Below are positions 8,609 to 18,241 of a DNA stretch of 26,824 nt, piece by piece. A program made the translations under genes and the position numbers. The stretch covers positions 1-26,824 of the IMG/VR virus record IMGVR_UViG_2671180673_000010; one strand, written 5' to 3'. Under the pieces are notes generated by a model. That model saw only the letters and a program-made list of their open reading frames with translations, made no database searches and had not been told where the DNA came from. This stretch comes from a virus. Taxonomy: Duplodnaviria; Heunggongvirae; Uroviricota; Caudoviricetes. Each line of letters begins with the position of its first letter. Within the stretch, counting starts at the first letter, position 1.

Positions 8609-9000
8609 AGCTCTGGCCCACGCTTGGCGTCGCTTTCCTTCTGATTACATCCATGCGTCTGTCGTGGTCGCTGGGCCGGGAGAACGCCAGAAACGAAGCG
8701 CAGGCCAGCACCCTGAAAAGTACCGTCGACACACTGAATATCATCAGCGCCGGGGTACAGGATATGCAGCAGGTGCTGGCTCAGCTCCGCGCGGAAAATC
8801 AGCAACGCAATCAGGACGGAGAGGTAAGACGTGAACAGCTACGCAACGATATTGCAAAAGATGAATGCGCCCACGCTTTGCCTGACGCTCGTTTTACTGA
8901 CAGGTTGCGCAGGCACGCAGAACGCGCCAGGGCCAGCGCCGTCAGTCCGGCTTATACCGCAGACGCTGACCATGCCGGTAACGCCTCCCCCCTTCCCTGA
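8605..9000 (+). CDS. Inner-membrane spanin (Rz / LysB-like)
   Basis: N-terminal signal-anchor MKLWPTLGVAFLLITSM, charged coiled-coil-like body; ATG overlaps endolysin stop; true start is inside track ORF 8461..9000. Confidence 0.65.
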   Translation: MKLWPTLGVAFLLITSMRLSWSLGRENARNEAQASTLKSTVDTLNIISAGVQDMQQVLAQLRAENQQRNQDGEVRREQLRNDIAKDECAHALPDARFTDRLRRHAERARASAVSPAYTADADHAGNASPLP

Positions 9001-9142
9001 CCCACCCACATGGGGAAACCTCGGAATATGGGGCGACCGCCTTCTGGATGCACTGGAAACCTGTAACGCGGATAAACGGGCCATTGCTGAACTGGATAAG
9101 AGAATAGCCGAACTGACACACCAGACGGGAGTAACACAATGA
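8861..9142 (+). CDS. Outer-membrane lipoprotein spanin (Rz1 / LysC-like), overlapping the Rz gene in another frame
   Basis: Lipobox LLTGC 15 aa after the Met, Pro-rich stretch PVTPPPFPDPPTW; starts inside Rz and extends beyond it as in P2 lysB/lysC. Confidence 0.6.
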   Translation: MNAPTLCLTLVLLTGCAGTQNAPGPAPSVRLIPQTLTMPVTPPPFPDPPTWGNLGIWGDRLLDALETCNADKRAIAELDKRIAELTHQTGVTQ

Positions 9143-11016
9143 CCAGTAAGAACTTTGCACTGATTACAGCCATGACACAGGCTGAACTGACTCAAAAGGT
9201 GAATGAACATCTTGCGAAAGGGTGGCATCTTCAGGGGGAGACGCGGGTTGCCTACGAACCCGGCACCCCGTGGTATCTAATGCAGGCAATGGTGGCCGAT
9301 GGCACTACAGACATCTCACCTGATTCCCCCCAGCACGGCAGCGTGCCGGAGTGGTATTACGTGGTGGTACTTGCTGGTCAATCCAATGCCATGTCATATG
9401 GTGAGGGAATGCCGCTGCCGGATTCTTACGATGCGCCCCACCCACGCATTAAGCAACTGGCCCGTCGCAACACAGTGACTCCCGGTGGTAAAGCATGCGC
9501 ATTTAACGACATCATTCCGGCAGACCACTGCCTGCATGATGTTCAGGATATGAGCGCACTGAATCACCCGAATGCAGACCTGAGCAAAGGGCAGTATGGC
9601 TGTGTCGGACAGGGCTTGCATATTGCCAAACGCCTGTTGCCTTACATTCCACAGAATGCCGGGATTTTACTGGTTCCATGCTGTCGTGGTGGTTCGGCAT
9701 TCACCCAGGGCGCGGAGGGGACATTCAGCGAGTCCACAGGAGCCAGTCAGGATTCGGCTCGCTGGGGTGTGGGTAAACCTTTATATCAGGACCTGATTTT
9801 GCGCACGAAGGCCGCATTGCAGAAAAACCCAAAAAACATGCTGCTGGCCGTATGCTGGATGCAGGGCGAATTTGACATGAGCGCCGCTACGTACTCACAG
9901 CAACCTCCGCTGTTTACGGCCATGCTGAAACAGTTTCGTGCGGACATTACCGAGTTTAACACGCAGTGTCATGGAGGCAGAGCGGCAAGTGTGCCATGGA
10001 TTTGTGGTGACACGACGTATTACTGGAAAAACACCTACGGCACGCAGTACGACACCATTTACGGGGCGTACAAAAACAGGGAGAGCGACAACGTTTTCTT
10101 TGTGCCGTTCCTGACCGATGGTAGTGGCAACAATACCTCCACCAACGCACCAACGGAAGATCCGGATGCTGCAAGTGAGGGATATTACGGTTCGGCATCC
10201 CGAACGAACAAAAACTGGGTATCATCAAATCGCCAGACGCATTTCAGCTCATGGGCGCGTCGTGGCATTATTCCCGATCGTATGGCAACCGCTATTCTGA
10301 ACGTAGCCGGTCGCACCTTAGCCTTCATCAGTGGTAAGGCACCGGAAATCAAACCCTCGCCCGGCGGCGACACGCCATCGGGGCCGTCTGAAGATGCATC
10401 CGTACGCACAATCTCCCTGTTGCCGACAGCCGGAGATGCTGCTGCGCAGGGCTGGAGCATTAAGAATGGCGGAATTCAGTTGTCAGAAGGTGTATTTAAG
10501 ATCACCAAGCAGAGCAATAAAGCCTGGTCCCTGACGCGCCCGGTGGATGACGCAGTCTCCCTGCTGACACGGGGTGGCAGACTGAGCTGTAAGTTTCGAC
10601 TGTCAGGCGCACTGACCAACAAACAGTTCGGTCTGGGAATTTATCTGTATACCGATGTAGCGTTACCTGACGTCGTGGCGATGACCGGGACTGGTAACCC
10701 GTTCCTGATGTCGTTCTTCACCCAGACCACAGACGGCAAACTGAATCTGATGCATCACAAGAAAGCAGGAAACACAAAGTTGGGCGAGTTCGGGAATTAC
10801 AGTAACGACTGGCAGACGCTGGAGCTGGTGTTCACCGCCGGCAGTGCCACGGTTACTCCGAAACTGAATGGAGTGGCTGGCCCGGCATTCCAGGTCATAA
10901 AAGACAGTCTGACACTGGGGCTGAATGCGCTGACGTTAACTGATATCACTAAAAATGCCGCGTACGGCGTCGATATCGGCAGCCTGGTGCTGGAAATCAA
11001 TAATCCCGCAGCATAA
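9139..11016 (+). CDS. NanS-p-like sialate O-acetylesterase (SASA/SGNH-type) with small N-terminal domain and roughly 250-aa C-terminal domain
   Basis: VLAGQSNAMSYGEG (GQSN catalytic-Ser motif) and CWMQGEFD; N-terminal roughly 50 aa resembles DUF1737; start overlaps Rz1 stop (ATGA). Confidence 0.6.
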   Translation: MTSKNFALITAMTQAELTQKVNEHLAKGWHLQGETRVAYEPGTPWYLMQAMVADGTTDISPDSPQHGSVPEWYYVVVLAGQSNAMSYGEGMPLPDSYDAPHPRIKQLARRNTVTPGGKACAFNDIIPADHCLHDVQDMSALNHPNADLSKGQYGCVGQGLHIAKRLLPYIPQNAGILLVPCCRGGSAFTQGAEGTFSESTGASQDSARWGVGKPLYQDLILRTKAALQKNPKNMLLAVCWMQGEFDMSAATYSQQPPLFTAMLKQFRADITEFNTQCHGGRAASVPWICGDTTYYWKNTYGTQYDTIYGAYKNRESDNVFFVPFLTDGSGNNTSTNAPTEDPDAASEGYYGSASRTNKNWVSSNRQTHFSSWARRGIIPDRMATAILNVAGRTLAFISGKAPEIKPSPGGDTPSGPSEDASVRTISLLPTAGDAAAQGWSIKNGGIQLSEGVFKITKQSNKAWSLTRPVDDAVSLLTRGGRLSCKFRLSGALTNKQFGLGIYLYTDVALPDVVAMTGTGNPFLMSFFTQTTDGKLNLMHHKKAGNTKLGEFGNYSNDWQTLELVFTAGSATVTPKLNGVAGPAFQVIKDSLTLGLNALTLTDITKNAAYGVDIGSLVLEINNPAA

Positions 11017-11039
11017 GGAAGAGCAGGAGAGCAAAACAG

Positions 11040-11507
11040 ATGCTTAAGACAAACAGTCTGCGAGAGTCCATGCTTCATGGGTGTCGGTGGTGCCAGGCTA
11101 ATCCCGAGAAATTCACCATTTTCGTGGAGAGCGGCAACATTGAAACGACCGGAGAAGCGCCCTCGTTTGTTTACCGCTATCAGATGGTGATGTTTGTCAT
11201 GGATTACGCCGGAGAGCTGGACGACCTCACGCTGCCGCTGCTGGCGTGGTTATCCGAAAATCAGCCACAGTTGTTGCTCAATCCGGAGCGTAATCAGGAC
11301 ATCAAATTTTCTGCCGTTATCAATGACGATGACAGCGCCGATCTCCTGTTTACGCTCCCCCTGCGGGAACGCGTTCGCATCACGCGCAACAGTCAGGGCA
11401 CACCGCAGGCAGAACACCTGCCGGAGCCAAAACCCCGTCTGCCTTCTTCCGAAGGCGACTGGTCGCATGTATTCCAGGATGTGACGTGGGGTGAAAGCGA
11501 TGGATAA
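11040..11507 (+). CDS. R: Tail completion protein, P2 gpR homologue
   Basis: 155 aa, same length and position as P2 R. Confidence 0.8.
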   Translation: MLKTNSLRESMLHGCRWCQANPEKFTIFVESGNIETTGEAPSFVYRYQMVMFVMDYAGELDDLTLPLLAWLSENQPQLLLNPERNQDIKFSAVINDDDSADLLFTLPLRERVRITRNSQGTPQAEHLPEPKPRLPSSEGDWSHVFQDVTWGESDG

Positions 11508-12135
11508 GGCATTCACCCGCGTGGATGAAACCTTTGAGGCTATCCGCGACAGCCTGAATCAGCAGGCCATCAATAACATCGCCAGAAAGCTGGCACAGGA
11601 TTTACGTCGCGCCCAGCAGGCACGTATCCGGTCACAAAAAGCGCCGGACGGGACCGAATGGACACCACGCAGACGCCGCGTAACCCGGATACAGGAGCGC
11701 ATTCGCTTTATCTGGAATAACGAAGCACGCACGCTGAAAAACTGGCATCACGACACAGGGAAATACGGGCGAACCATTACCGGGTGGGATGAGGATAAAA
11801 ACAATATCCGCACGTTTTACCGGGATGACATCGACCGTTTTCTGGAAATACGCACCCGGCGCATCAACCAGGACAGCACAAAGCGCGTCCCCATGTTCGT
11901 AAAACTGCGCACCGCCCGCTACCTGAAAGCCCGTGCAGATGCCTCCGGTGTGACGGTGGGTTACAGCGGCGTGGCCGCACGTATTGCACGCGTTCATCAG
12001 TTCGGTGAGCGCGATCAGGTTGCGCCGGGCATTTTCACCGATTACCCGGTACGTGAGCTGTTGGGTATCAGCCAGGCAGATGAGCGCCTGATTTATAACA
12101 CGGTGCTGGGCCGGATTGCGGAGGCTGTACGGTGA
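11491..12135 (+). CDS. S: Tail completion / virion morphogenesis protein, P2 gpS homologue
   Basis: Position between R and V; overlaps R at the start and V at the end; start could instead be ATG 11500. Confidence 0.7.
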   Translation: MKAMDKAFTRVDETFEAIRDSLNQQAINNIARKLAQDLRRAQQARIRSQKAPDGTEWTPRRRRVTRIQERIRFIWNNEARTLKNWHHDTGKYGRTITGWDEDKNNIRTFYRDDIDRFLEIRTRRINQDSTKRVPMFVKLRTARYLKARADASGVTVGYSGVAARIARVHQFGERDQVAPGIFTDYPVRELLGISQADERLIYNTVLGRIAEAVR

Positions 12136-12713
12136 GCGCAGAACTCATGCGACTGCTGAGCAACATCATCCGCACCGGGATCATCTCTGAAGTTGATGAG
12201 AAGTCCTGGCGCGTGCGCGTTCGCAGCGGCGAACTGGAAACAGGCTGGTTGCGCTGGAACACCACGCGCGCGGGAGCCTTCAATGTGTGGCTGCCGCCAT
12301 CACCAGGCGAACAGGTGGTAATTGCCTGCATTGGCGGCAACCCGGAAACCGCCATGATAATTGGCAGCCTGTGGAGTGATGCCAGTCCGGCCCCCGGCAA
12401 AAGCCTGAAAGAAATCGTGGTCAGCGCGCCGGATGGCGCGGTGTTCCGCTACGACGCAGACGCTGGCGCACTGAGCGCCAGCGGCATGAAAACAGCCACC
12501 CTGCAGGCATCCGTCAGCGTGACACTGGATACGCCCGTCGTGGAATGCACAAACCTTCTGAGAACGGCGACGCTTGACGTCACAAAAGGGGGAAAGATGA
12601 GCGGCAATATCACGCACAGCGGCGGCAATTTCACCTCAAACGGCATTACCGTGCATACGCATAAGCACGGTGGCGTTAAAGGTGGCAGCGATTCGACAGG
12701 AGGCCCGCAGTGA
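12132..12713 (+). CDS. V: Baseplate spike/assembly protein, P2 gpV homologue (GTG start overlapping S stop)
   Basis: 193 aa with Gly-rich C-terminus HTHKHGGVKGGSDSTGG typical of gpV-type spikes. Confidence 0.8.
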   Translation: MSAELMRLLSNIIRTGIISEVDEKSWRVRVRSGELETGWLRWNTTRAGAFNVWLPPSPGEQVVIACIGGNPETAMIIGSLWSDASPAPGKSLKEIVVSAPDGAVFRYDADAGALSASGMKTATLQASVSVTLDTPVVECTNLLRTATLDVTKGGKMSGNITHSGGNFTSNGITVHTHKHGGVKGGSDSTGGPQ

Positions 12714-13060
12714 CAACCCGCTACACAGGAATGAACCCGGACGGGACGGGAAACCTGAACGATATGGAGCACCTGAAACAGTCAGTCAGGGACATCCTGA
12801 TCACCCCGCTGGCAAGCCGGGTTATGCGACGGGAATATGGCAGCCTTGTGCCTGATTTGATTGACGAACCCATGAATAACACCACGCGTCTGCAATGCAT
12901 GAGTGCTGCCGTGATTGCACTGACGCGATGGGAACCCCGCATTGCCCTGGACGCCATCGACGTTGTCTGGAAGGCAGGAGGCCGCGCCGGGGTGACGCTG
13001 TCGGGCACTGTCATGCAGACCATGCAGAATGTTGAATTAACCATCACGCTGAGGGAGTAA
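12710..13060 (+). CDS. W: Baseplate wedge protein, P2 gpW (gp25-like) homologue
   Basis: 116 aa, size and position match gpW. Confidence 0.85.
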   Translation: MTTRYTGMNPDGTGNLNDMEHLKQSVRDILITPLASRVMRREYGSLVPDLIDEPMNNTTRLQCMSAAVIALTRWEPRIALDAIDVVWKAGGRAGVTLSGTVMQTMQNVELTITLRE

Positions 13061-13063
13061 ATC

Positions 13064-13960
13064 ATGCCTGCCGTTGACCTTTCCCAGTTACCGGAACCCG
13101 CCATCATCGCGGAGCCTGACTTTGAGGCAATTCTGGCTGATACAAAGGCCATGATGATTGCGGCTTATCCCGCCGAACAGCGTGAAGCCGTCTCCGCCGC
13201 GCTGGAGCTGGAATCGGAGCCCCTGAACGTTATCGCCCAGACAACAGCGTTTCGTGAAATGCTGTTACGCCAGCGGGTCAATGAGGGTGCACGCGCCTGC
13301 ATGCTAAGCCACAGCGCCGGGACAGACCTGGACAACCTTGCGGGCAATATGAACACAAAGCGCCTGGTTATCACTCCGGCAACGGATACCACCGACGCGG
13401 TGATGGAAAGAGACACCTCACTGAGACTGCGGGCGCAGCGGGCGTATGACGGCCTGAGTGTTGCTGGCCCGTCAGGTGCATACGAGTATTTTGCACGCAG
13501 CGCCAGCGGTCTGGTGCGTGATGCGCGGGCCATCAGCCCGTCTCCGGCCTGTGTGACGGTTTCCATTCTGTCCACTGAAGGCGACGGCACAGCAACGGAG
13601 GCGTTGCTTAATACCGTTCGCGCCGTTCTGAATGCAGAGGATACCCGCCCGGTGGCCGACCGACTGACCGTACAGAGCGCCAGCATCGTGACATGGCGGC
13701 TGAATGCAAAACTGTACTTTTACCCCGGCCCGGAATCCGAACCTATTCTGGCTGCGGCTGAATCGTCGTTCAGGAAGTGGCTGGCTGAGCAGGGGCTTAT
13801 TGGTCAGGACGTGGCGTTGTCAGCCATTGCTGCCGCACTGCATGTGCACGGCGTGCAACGCGTGGAGATAATCGAACCCACACAGAATATGGCCATCAGC
13901 GACATACAGGCGGCGCGCTGTGAGTCATTCACCATCAGCGAAGGTGGGCGTAATGAGTAA
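13064..13960 (+). CDS. J: Baseplate protein J, P2 gpJ homologue
   Basis: 298 aa, position after W. Confidence 0.85.
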   Translation: MPAVDLSQLPEPAIIAEPDFEAILADTKAMMIAAYPAEQREAVSAALELESEPLNVIAQTTAFREMLLRQRVNEGARACMLSHSAGTDLDNLAGNMNTKRLVITPATDTTDAVMERDTSLRLRAQRAYDGLSVAGPSGAYEYFARSASGLVRDARAISPSPACVTVSILSTEGDGTATEALLNTVRAVLNAEDTRPVADRLTVQSASIVTWRLNAKLYFYPGPESEPILAAAESSFRKWLAEQGLIGQDVALSAIAAALHVHGVQRVEIIEPTQNMAISDIQAARCESFTISEGGRNE

Positions 13961-14480
13961 TTCACTGTTACCGCCATCAGCCAGCAATTTCATGCGTTGC
14001 GCCGAAGCTGTCGGAGCGCGCATTACAGACATCCCGGTAGACCTCAACACGCTGTGGTCACCGGACACCTGCCCGGTGCATCTGCTGCCTTATCTCGCCT
14101 GGGCATTTTCCGTTGACCGCTGGGATCGCAACTGGCCGGAAGAGACAAAGCGACAGGTGATTCGTGATGCATGGCTGATACACCGACACAAAGGAACCAT
14201 CAGCGCCCTGCGACGAGCCATTGAACCGCTGGGATACCTCATTCGCGTGTCTGAGTGGTGGGAGTTCGACGGCGAACCCGGAACATTCAAGGTTGATGTT
14301 GGCACGCTGGACAGTGGTGTGACCGAGGAAATGTATCTGGAAATGGAACGGCTGATTGCCGATGCCAAACCCGCAAGTCGGCACCTTATCGGCCTGAACA
14401 TTATCCAGGACATTCCCGGCTATCTGTATACAGGCGGTGTGGTCTGTGATGGTGATGTTATTACTGTTTATCCCGGATAA
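13953..14480 (+). CDS. I: Baseplate/tail protein I, P2 gpI homologue (ATG 13953 preferred over track start 13920)
   Basis: 175 aa; start overlaps J stop. Confidence 0.8.
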   Translation: MSNSLLPPSASNFMRCAEAVGARITDIPVDLNTLWSPDTCPVHLLPYLAWAFSVDRWDRNWPEETKRQVIRDAWLIHRHKGTISALRRAIEPLGYLIRVSEWWEFDGEPGTFKVDVGTLDSGVTEEMYLEMERLIADAKPASRHLIGLNIIQDIPGYLYTGGVVCDGDVITVYPG

Positions 14481-14490
14481 GTGAGAAACA

Positions 14491-17106
14491 ATGAGCACGA
14501 AATTTAAAACCGTTATCACTACTGCCGGAGCCGCGAAGCTGGCAGCCGCCACTGTTCCCGGCGGGAAAAAAGTAAACCCGTCTGCAATGGCTGTGGGTGA
14601 CGGTAATGGCCAATTGCCGGTGCCGGATGCCGGTCAGACGAAACTGGTGCATGAAGTCTGGCGTCACGCTCTGAATAAAGTCAGTGTGGATAACAAGAAT
14701 AAAAACTATATCGTGGCTGAACTGGTTGTTCCGCCAGAAGTGGGCGGCTTCTGGATGCGTGAGCTTGGTCTGTATGATGATGCCGGAACACTGATTGCGG
14801 TATCCAACATGGCAGAAAGCTATAAGCCAGAACTGGCTGAAGGCTCCGGACGTGCGCAGACCTGCCGCATGGTTATTATTCTCAGCAACGTGGCGTCCGT
14901 TGAGCTGAGTATTGATGCCAGCACAGTGATGGCGACGCAGGATTACGTCGATGACAAAATCGCAGAGCATGAGCAGTCCCGCCGCCATCCTGACGCCACG
15001 CTGACAGAAAAAGGTTTTACTCAGTTAAGCAGTGCAACAAACAGCACCAGTGAGTCATTGGCGGCAACGCCAAAAGCGGTCAAGGCAGCAAATGACAACG
15101 CAAATTCACGTCTGGCGAAAAATCAGAATGGTGCAGATATCCAGGATAAATCAGCTTTTCTGGACAATGTTGGCGTTACCAGCCTGACGTTTATGAAAAA
15201 CAACGGCGAAATGCCGGTTGATGCTGATCTGAATACATTTGGTCCCGTTAAGGCTTATCTGGGGATCTGGTCTAAAGCTACCTCAACTAACGCAACACTG
15301 GAGAAAAATTTCCCGGAAGATAATGCTGTCGGTGTGCTTGAGGTTTTTGCTGCCGGCAATTTTGCAGGCACGCAACGCTTTATCACGAGAGACGGCAATG
15401 TATACATGCGTAAACTCGCCAATAAGTGGAATGGCACTGATGGTCCGTGGGGCGCATGGCGTCACACTCAATCAGCGACCCGCCCTTTGAGTACGACTAT
15501 AGACCTGAATACGCTTGGAGCCGCCGAGCATCTTGGTTTATGGCGTAACAGTAGCTCGGCTATAGCTTCATATGAACGTAATTATCCAGAGGAAGGCGGC
15601 TTTGCTCAGGGGACGCTTGAGATCCTCGAAGGCGGGAATTATGGAAGAACGCAACGTTATACCACTCGCCGTGGAAATATGTATGTCCGCTGCCTTGCGG
15701 CAAGCTGGGATGCATCAAATCCGCAGTGGGAACCGTGGTTAAGAGTCGGTCATCAGTCAGAGAGTCGTTATTACGACGGGGATTTGAATGATGTGACTTC
15801 ACCAGGTATTTACAGCGTTACAGGTAAAGCGACCAACGGTCCAATACTGGACAGAAACGGCGTGACAGTCCTCGGTATTCTGGAGGTGTTGAGGCGCTTT
15901 GATGGTGTTAACGTATGGCAGCGTTATACAACTGCCGGAACAGCTGCAACCCTTAAAGGTCGCACGTTTGAGCGCGTCTATACCGGTAGCTCGTGGAGCG
16001 AATGGCGGGAAGTCTACACCTCGTATTCACTTCCCCTGAATCTGGGTATCGGCGGTGCTGTGGCAAAGCTCACCAGCCTGGACTGGCAGACCTACGACTT
16101 TGTGCCGGGCAGTCTGATAACCGTTCGGCTTGATAACATGACCAACATTCCCGACGGTATGGACTGGGGCGTCATTGATGGCAACCTGATAAACATCGCA
16201 GTGGGTCCGAGTGATGATTCCGGTACGGGGCGCTCAATGCATGTATGGCGCAGCACTGTAAGTAAAGCGAATTACCGCTTTTTTATGGTGCGTATTTCAG
16301 GAAATCCGGGAAGCCGCACGATCACGACAAGACGTGTGCCAATTATCGACGAAGCCCAGACATGGGCAGAGAAACAGACATTCAGCGGTGGTCTTTCAGG
16401 TGAACTGTCCGGCAATGCTGCTACAGCGACAAAGCTGAAAACGGCAAGGACAATTAACGGCGTAAAATTTGACGGGTCGGCAAATATCGAAGCGTTTCCG
16501 CCAGGTGTTCCGTTGCCGTGGCCATCAGATACACCACCTGCGGGCTATGCAATTATGCAGGGGCAGACGTTCGATAAGGCTGCATATCCGAAACTGGCTA
16601 TAGCCTATCCTTCAGGTGTTATTCCAGATATGCGCGGCTGGACAATCAAGGGCAAACCCGCCAGTGGGCGAGCCGTATTGTCACAGGAGCAGGACGGGAT
16701 TAAATCGCATACTCACAGCGCCAGTGCGTCAAATACGGATTTGGGAACGAAAACGACCAGTTCATTTGATTACGGCACGAAGACGGTCAGTACGTTTAAC
16801 CACGGCACAAAATCAACGAACAATACGGGCAATCATACGCACACTGTCGGTGGTGTTTATGGCGGCGACTCTGTCGGTGGAAAACAGCGTGTACAGGCTT
16901 CAGGAAACAATCAGGTGTCCAGCACCGCCGGAGCGCACGCCCATACGGTGGATATTGGTCAGCATAACCACACTGTAGGTATTGGTGCCCATGCACACAC
17001 TGTGGCCCTGGGTGCGCACGGACACACCATCACGGTAAATGCTACGGGTAATACCGAAAACACCGTCAAAAACATCGCATTTAACTATATTGTGAGGCTT
17101 GCATAA
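14491..17106 (+). CDS. H: Tail fibre protein, P2 gpH homologue with divergent C-terminal receptor-binding region
   Basis: N-terminal roughly 200 aa nearly collinear with P2 gpH ([21 protein letters not shown]..., [22 protein letters not shown]...); C-terminus has tandem repeats and a HxHTV-rich tip. Confidence 0.9.
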   Translation: MSTKFKTVITTAGAAKLAAATVPGGKKVNPSAMAVGDGNGQLPVPDAGQTKLVHEVWRHALNKVSVDNKNKNYIVAELVVPPEVGGFWMRELGLYDDAGTLIAVSNMAESYKPELAEGSGRAQTCRMVIILSNVASVELSIDASTVMATQDYVDDKIAEHEQSRRHPDATLTEKGFTQLSSATNSTSESLAATPKAVKAANDNANSRLAKNQNGADIQDKSAFLDNVGVTSLTFMKNNGEMPVDADLNTFGPVKAYLGIWSKATSTNATLEKNFPEDNAVGVLEVFAAGNFAGTQRFITRDGNVYMRKLANKWNGTDGPWGAWRHTQSATRPLSTTIDLNTLGAAEHLGLWRNSSSAIASYERNYPEEGGFAQGTLEILEGGNYGRTQRYTTRRGNMYVRCLAASWDASNPQWEPWLRVGHQSESRYYDGDLNDVTSPGIYSVTGKATNGPILDRNGVTVLGILEVLRRFDGVNVWQRYTTAGTAATLKGRTFERVYTGSSWSEWREVYTSYSLPLNLGIGGAVAKLTSLDWQTYDFVPGSLITVRLDNMTNIPDGMDWGVIDGNLINIAVGPSDDSGTGRSMHVWRSTVSKANYRFFMVRISGNPGSRTITTRRVPIIDEAQTWAEKQTFSGGLSGELSGNAATATKLKTARTINGVKFDGSANIEAFPPGVPLPWPSDTPPAGYAIMQGQTFDKAAYPKLAIAYPSGVIPDMRGWTIKGKPASGRAVLSQEQDGIKSHTHSASASNTDLGTKTTSSFDYGTKTVSTFNHGTKSTNNTGNHTHTVGGVYGGDSVGGKQRVQASGNNQVSSTAGAHAHTVDIGQHNHTVGIGAHAHTVALGAHGHTITVNATGNTENTVKNIAFNYIVRLA

Positions 17107-17681
17107 TGGCTTTCAGAATGAGTGCAGAAGCACAAACTATCCGCGTTTTCAATTTACTTGATGGAACCAATGAATTTATTGGTGAAAGTGACGCATATAT
17201 TCCGCCGCATACAGGTCTGCCTGCAAACAGTACAGATATTGCACCGCCTGATATTCCGGCGGGTTATGCAGCCGTTTTCAATGCAGATGAAATGAAATGG
17301 GAACTGATGGAAGACCATCGCGGAAAGACCGTCTATGAAACGAAAACGGGAGCAGCCATTTATATTTCTGAACTTGGCGTATTACCTCCAGACGTGACAG
17401 CCATTTCCCCGGAGGGGGATTATCAGAAATGGAACGGCAATGCGTGGGTGAATGATGAGAATGCAGAGCGTGATGCGCTTGTCAGAGCGGCTGACTCTCA
17501 GAAGAAAGAGCTGATTGCATATGCAGGTGAAATTATTGCCACTCTGCAGGATGCTGTCGATTTAGATATGGCTACCGAGGAAGAAAAGTTAAGCCTGACA
17601 CACTGGAAAAAATACCGTGTGCTACTGAATCGCGTTCAGCCGGAAAATGCCCCTGATATCGAATGGCCAGAATTAGTGTAA
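17106..17681 (+). CDS. G: Tail fibre assembly chaperone, P2 gpG / Tfa homologue
   Basis: 191 aa directly downstream of H, start overlapping H stop (TAATG). Confidence 0.8.
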   Translation: MAFRMSAEAQTIRVFNLLDGTNEFIGESDAYIPPHTGLPANSTDIAPPDIPAGYAAVFNADEMKWELMEDHRGKTVYETKTGAAIYISELGVLPPDVTAISPEGDYQKWNGNAWVNDENAERDALVRAADSQKKELIAYAGEIIATLQDAVDLDMATEEEKLSLTHWKKYRVLLNRVQPENAPDIEWPELV

Positions 17682-17702
17682 AGGCAAGATGATTTAAGGA
17701 AC

Positions 17703-17732
17703 AAAACCGCCAATATGTTTATTAGCGGTTTT
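17703..17732. terminator. Bidirectional intrinsic terminator between convergent G (+) and U (-)
   Basis: Stem aaaaccgc (17703..17710) / gcggtttt (17725..17732), 14-nt loop; A-run on one side and T-run on the other. Confidence 0.5.
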
Positions 17733-17740
17733 GCATTAAG

Positions 17741-18235
17741 TCAAAACAACCCTTTAACGGAGCTGGCCGCGCTGTTAAGAGATGATGTGACCTTATCTTT
17801 GAAGCCGGACAGCATATCGCTGAACGATGAGGATTGCAGGCGCTCCCGCAAATCCTCATCACAGCGTTCAAGGGTCAGTGAAAATTCTATCTTTTTCGCC
17901 TTACCGTAGCGATCAAACTCGGAACGGGTCGTATTCGTTTCGGTCAGGACATACATGCCGTAAATCTGCCCGACGCCATCAATCAGAGGCCAGGGTCGTC
18001 CTGTATACGCCTGCGTGGTCAGCAGCGACAGCGACACTTCGCCACCTGTAATTTCAGGATAAAGCACACCAGAAAGAACGATGCGATCATCACCTGCACC
18101 GATATACTGCCAGCTTGCTGAACGGTTAACGCGTTCATTTTTCACATGCCGCCAGCTTTTGTTTTGCTGTAACTGCTGATGCGGCAGCGTGCGCAGCTCA
18201 AAAACAAACATGCCGTAGATCATCATCATGGCCAT
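17741..18235 (-). CDS. U: Tail protein U, P2 gpU homologue
   Basis: 164 aa; N-terminus MAMMMIYGMFVFELRTLPHQQLQ resembles P2 gpU from memory. Confidence 0.8.
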   Translation of the reverse strand: MAMMMIYGMFVFELRTLPHQQLQQNKSWRHVKNERVNRSASWQYIGAGDDRIVLSGVLYPEITGGEVSLSLLTTQAYTGRPWPLIDGVGQIYGMYVLTETNTTRSEFDRYGKAKKIEFSLTLERCDEDLRERLQSSSFSDMLSGFKDKVTSSLNSAASSVKGLF

Positions 18236-18241
18236 GACTCC

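Noticed and set aside
11491-12135. Possible insertion in gpS (214 aa versus about 150 aa recalled for P2 S)
   Set aside because: My recollection of the P2 S length is uncertain and the family varies in length; not reported as a finding without an alignment
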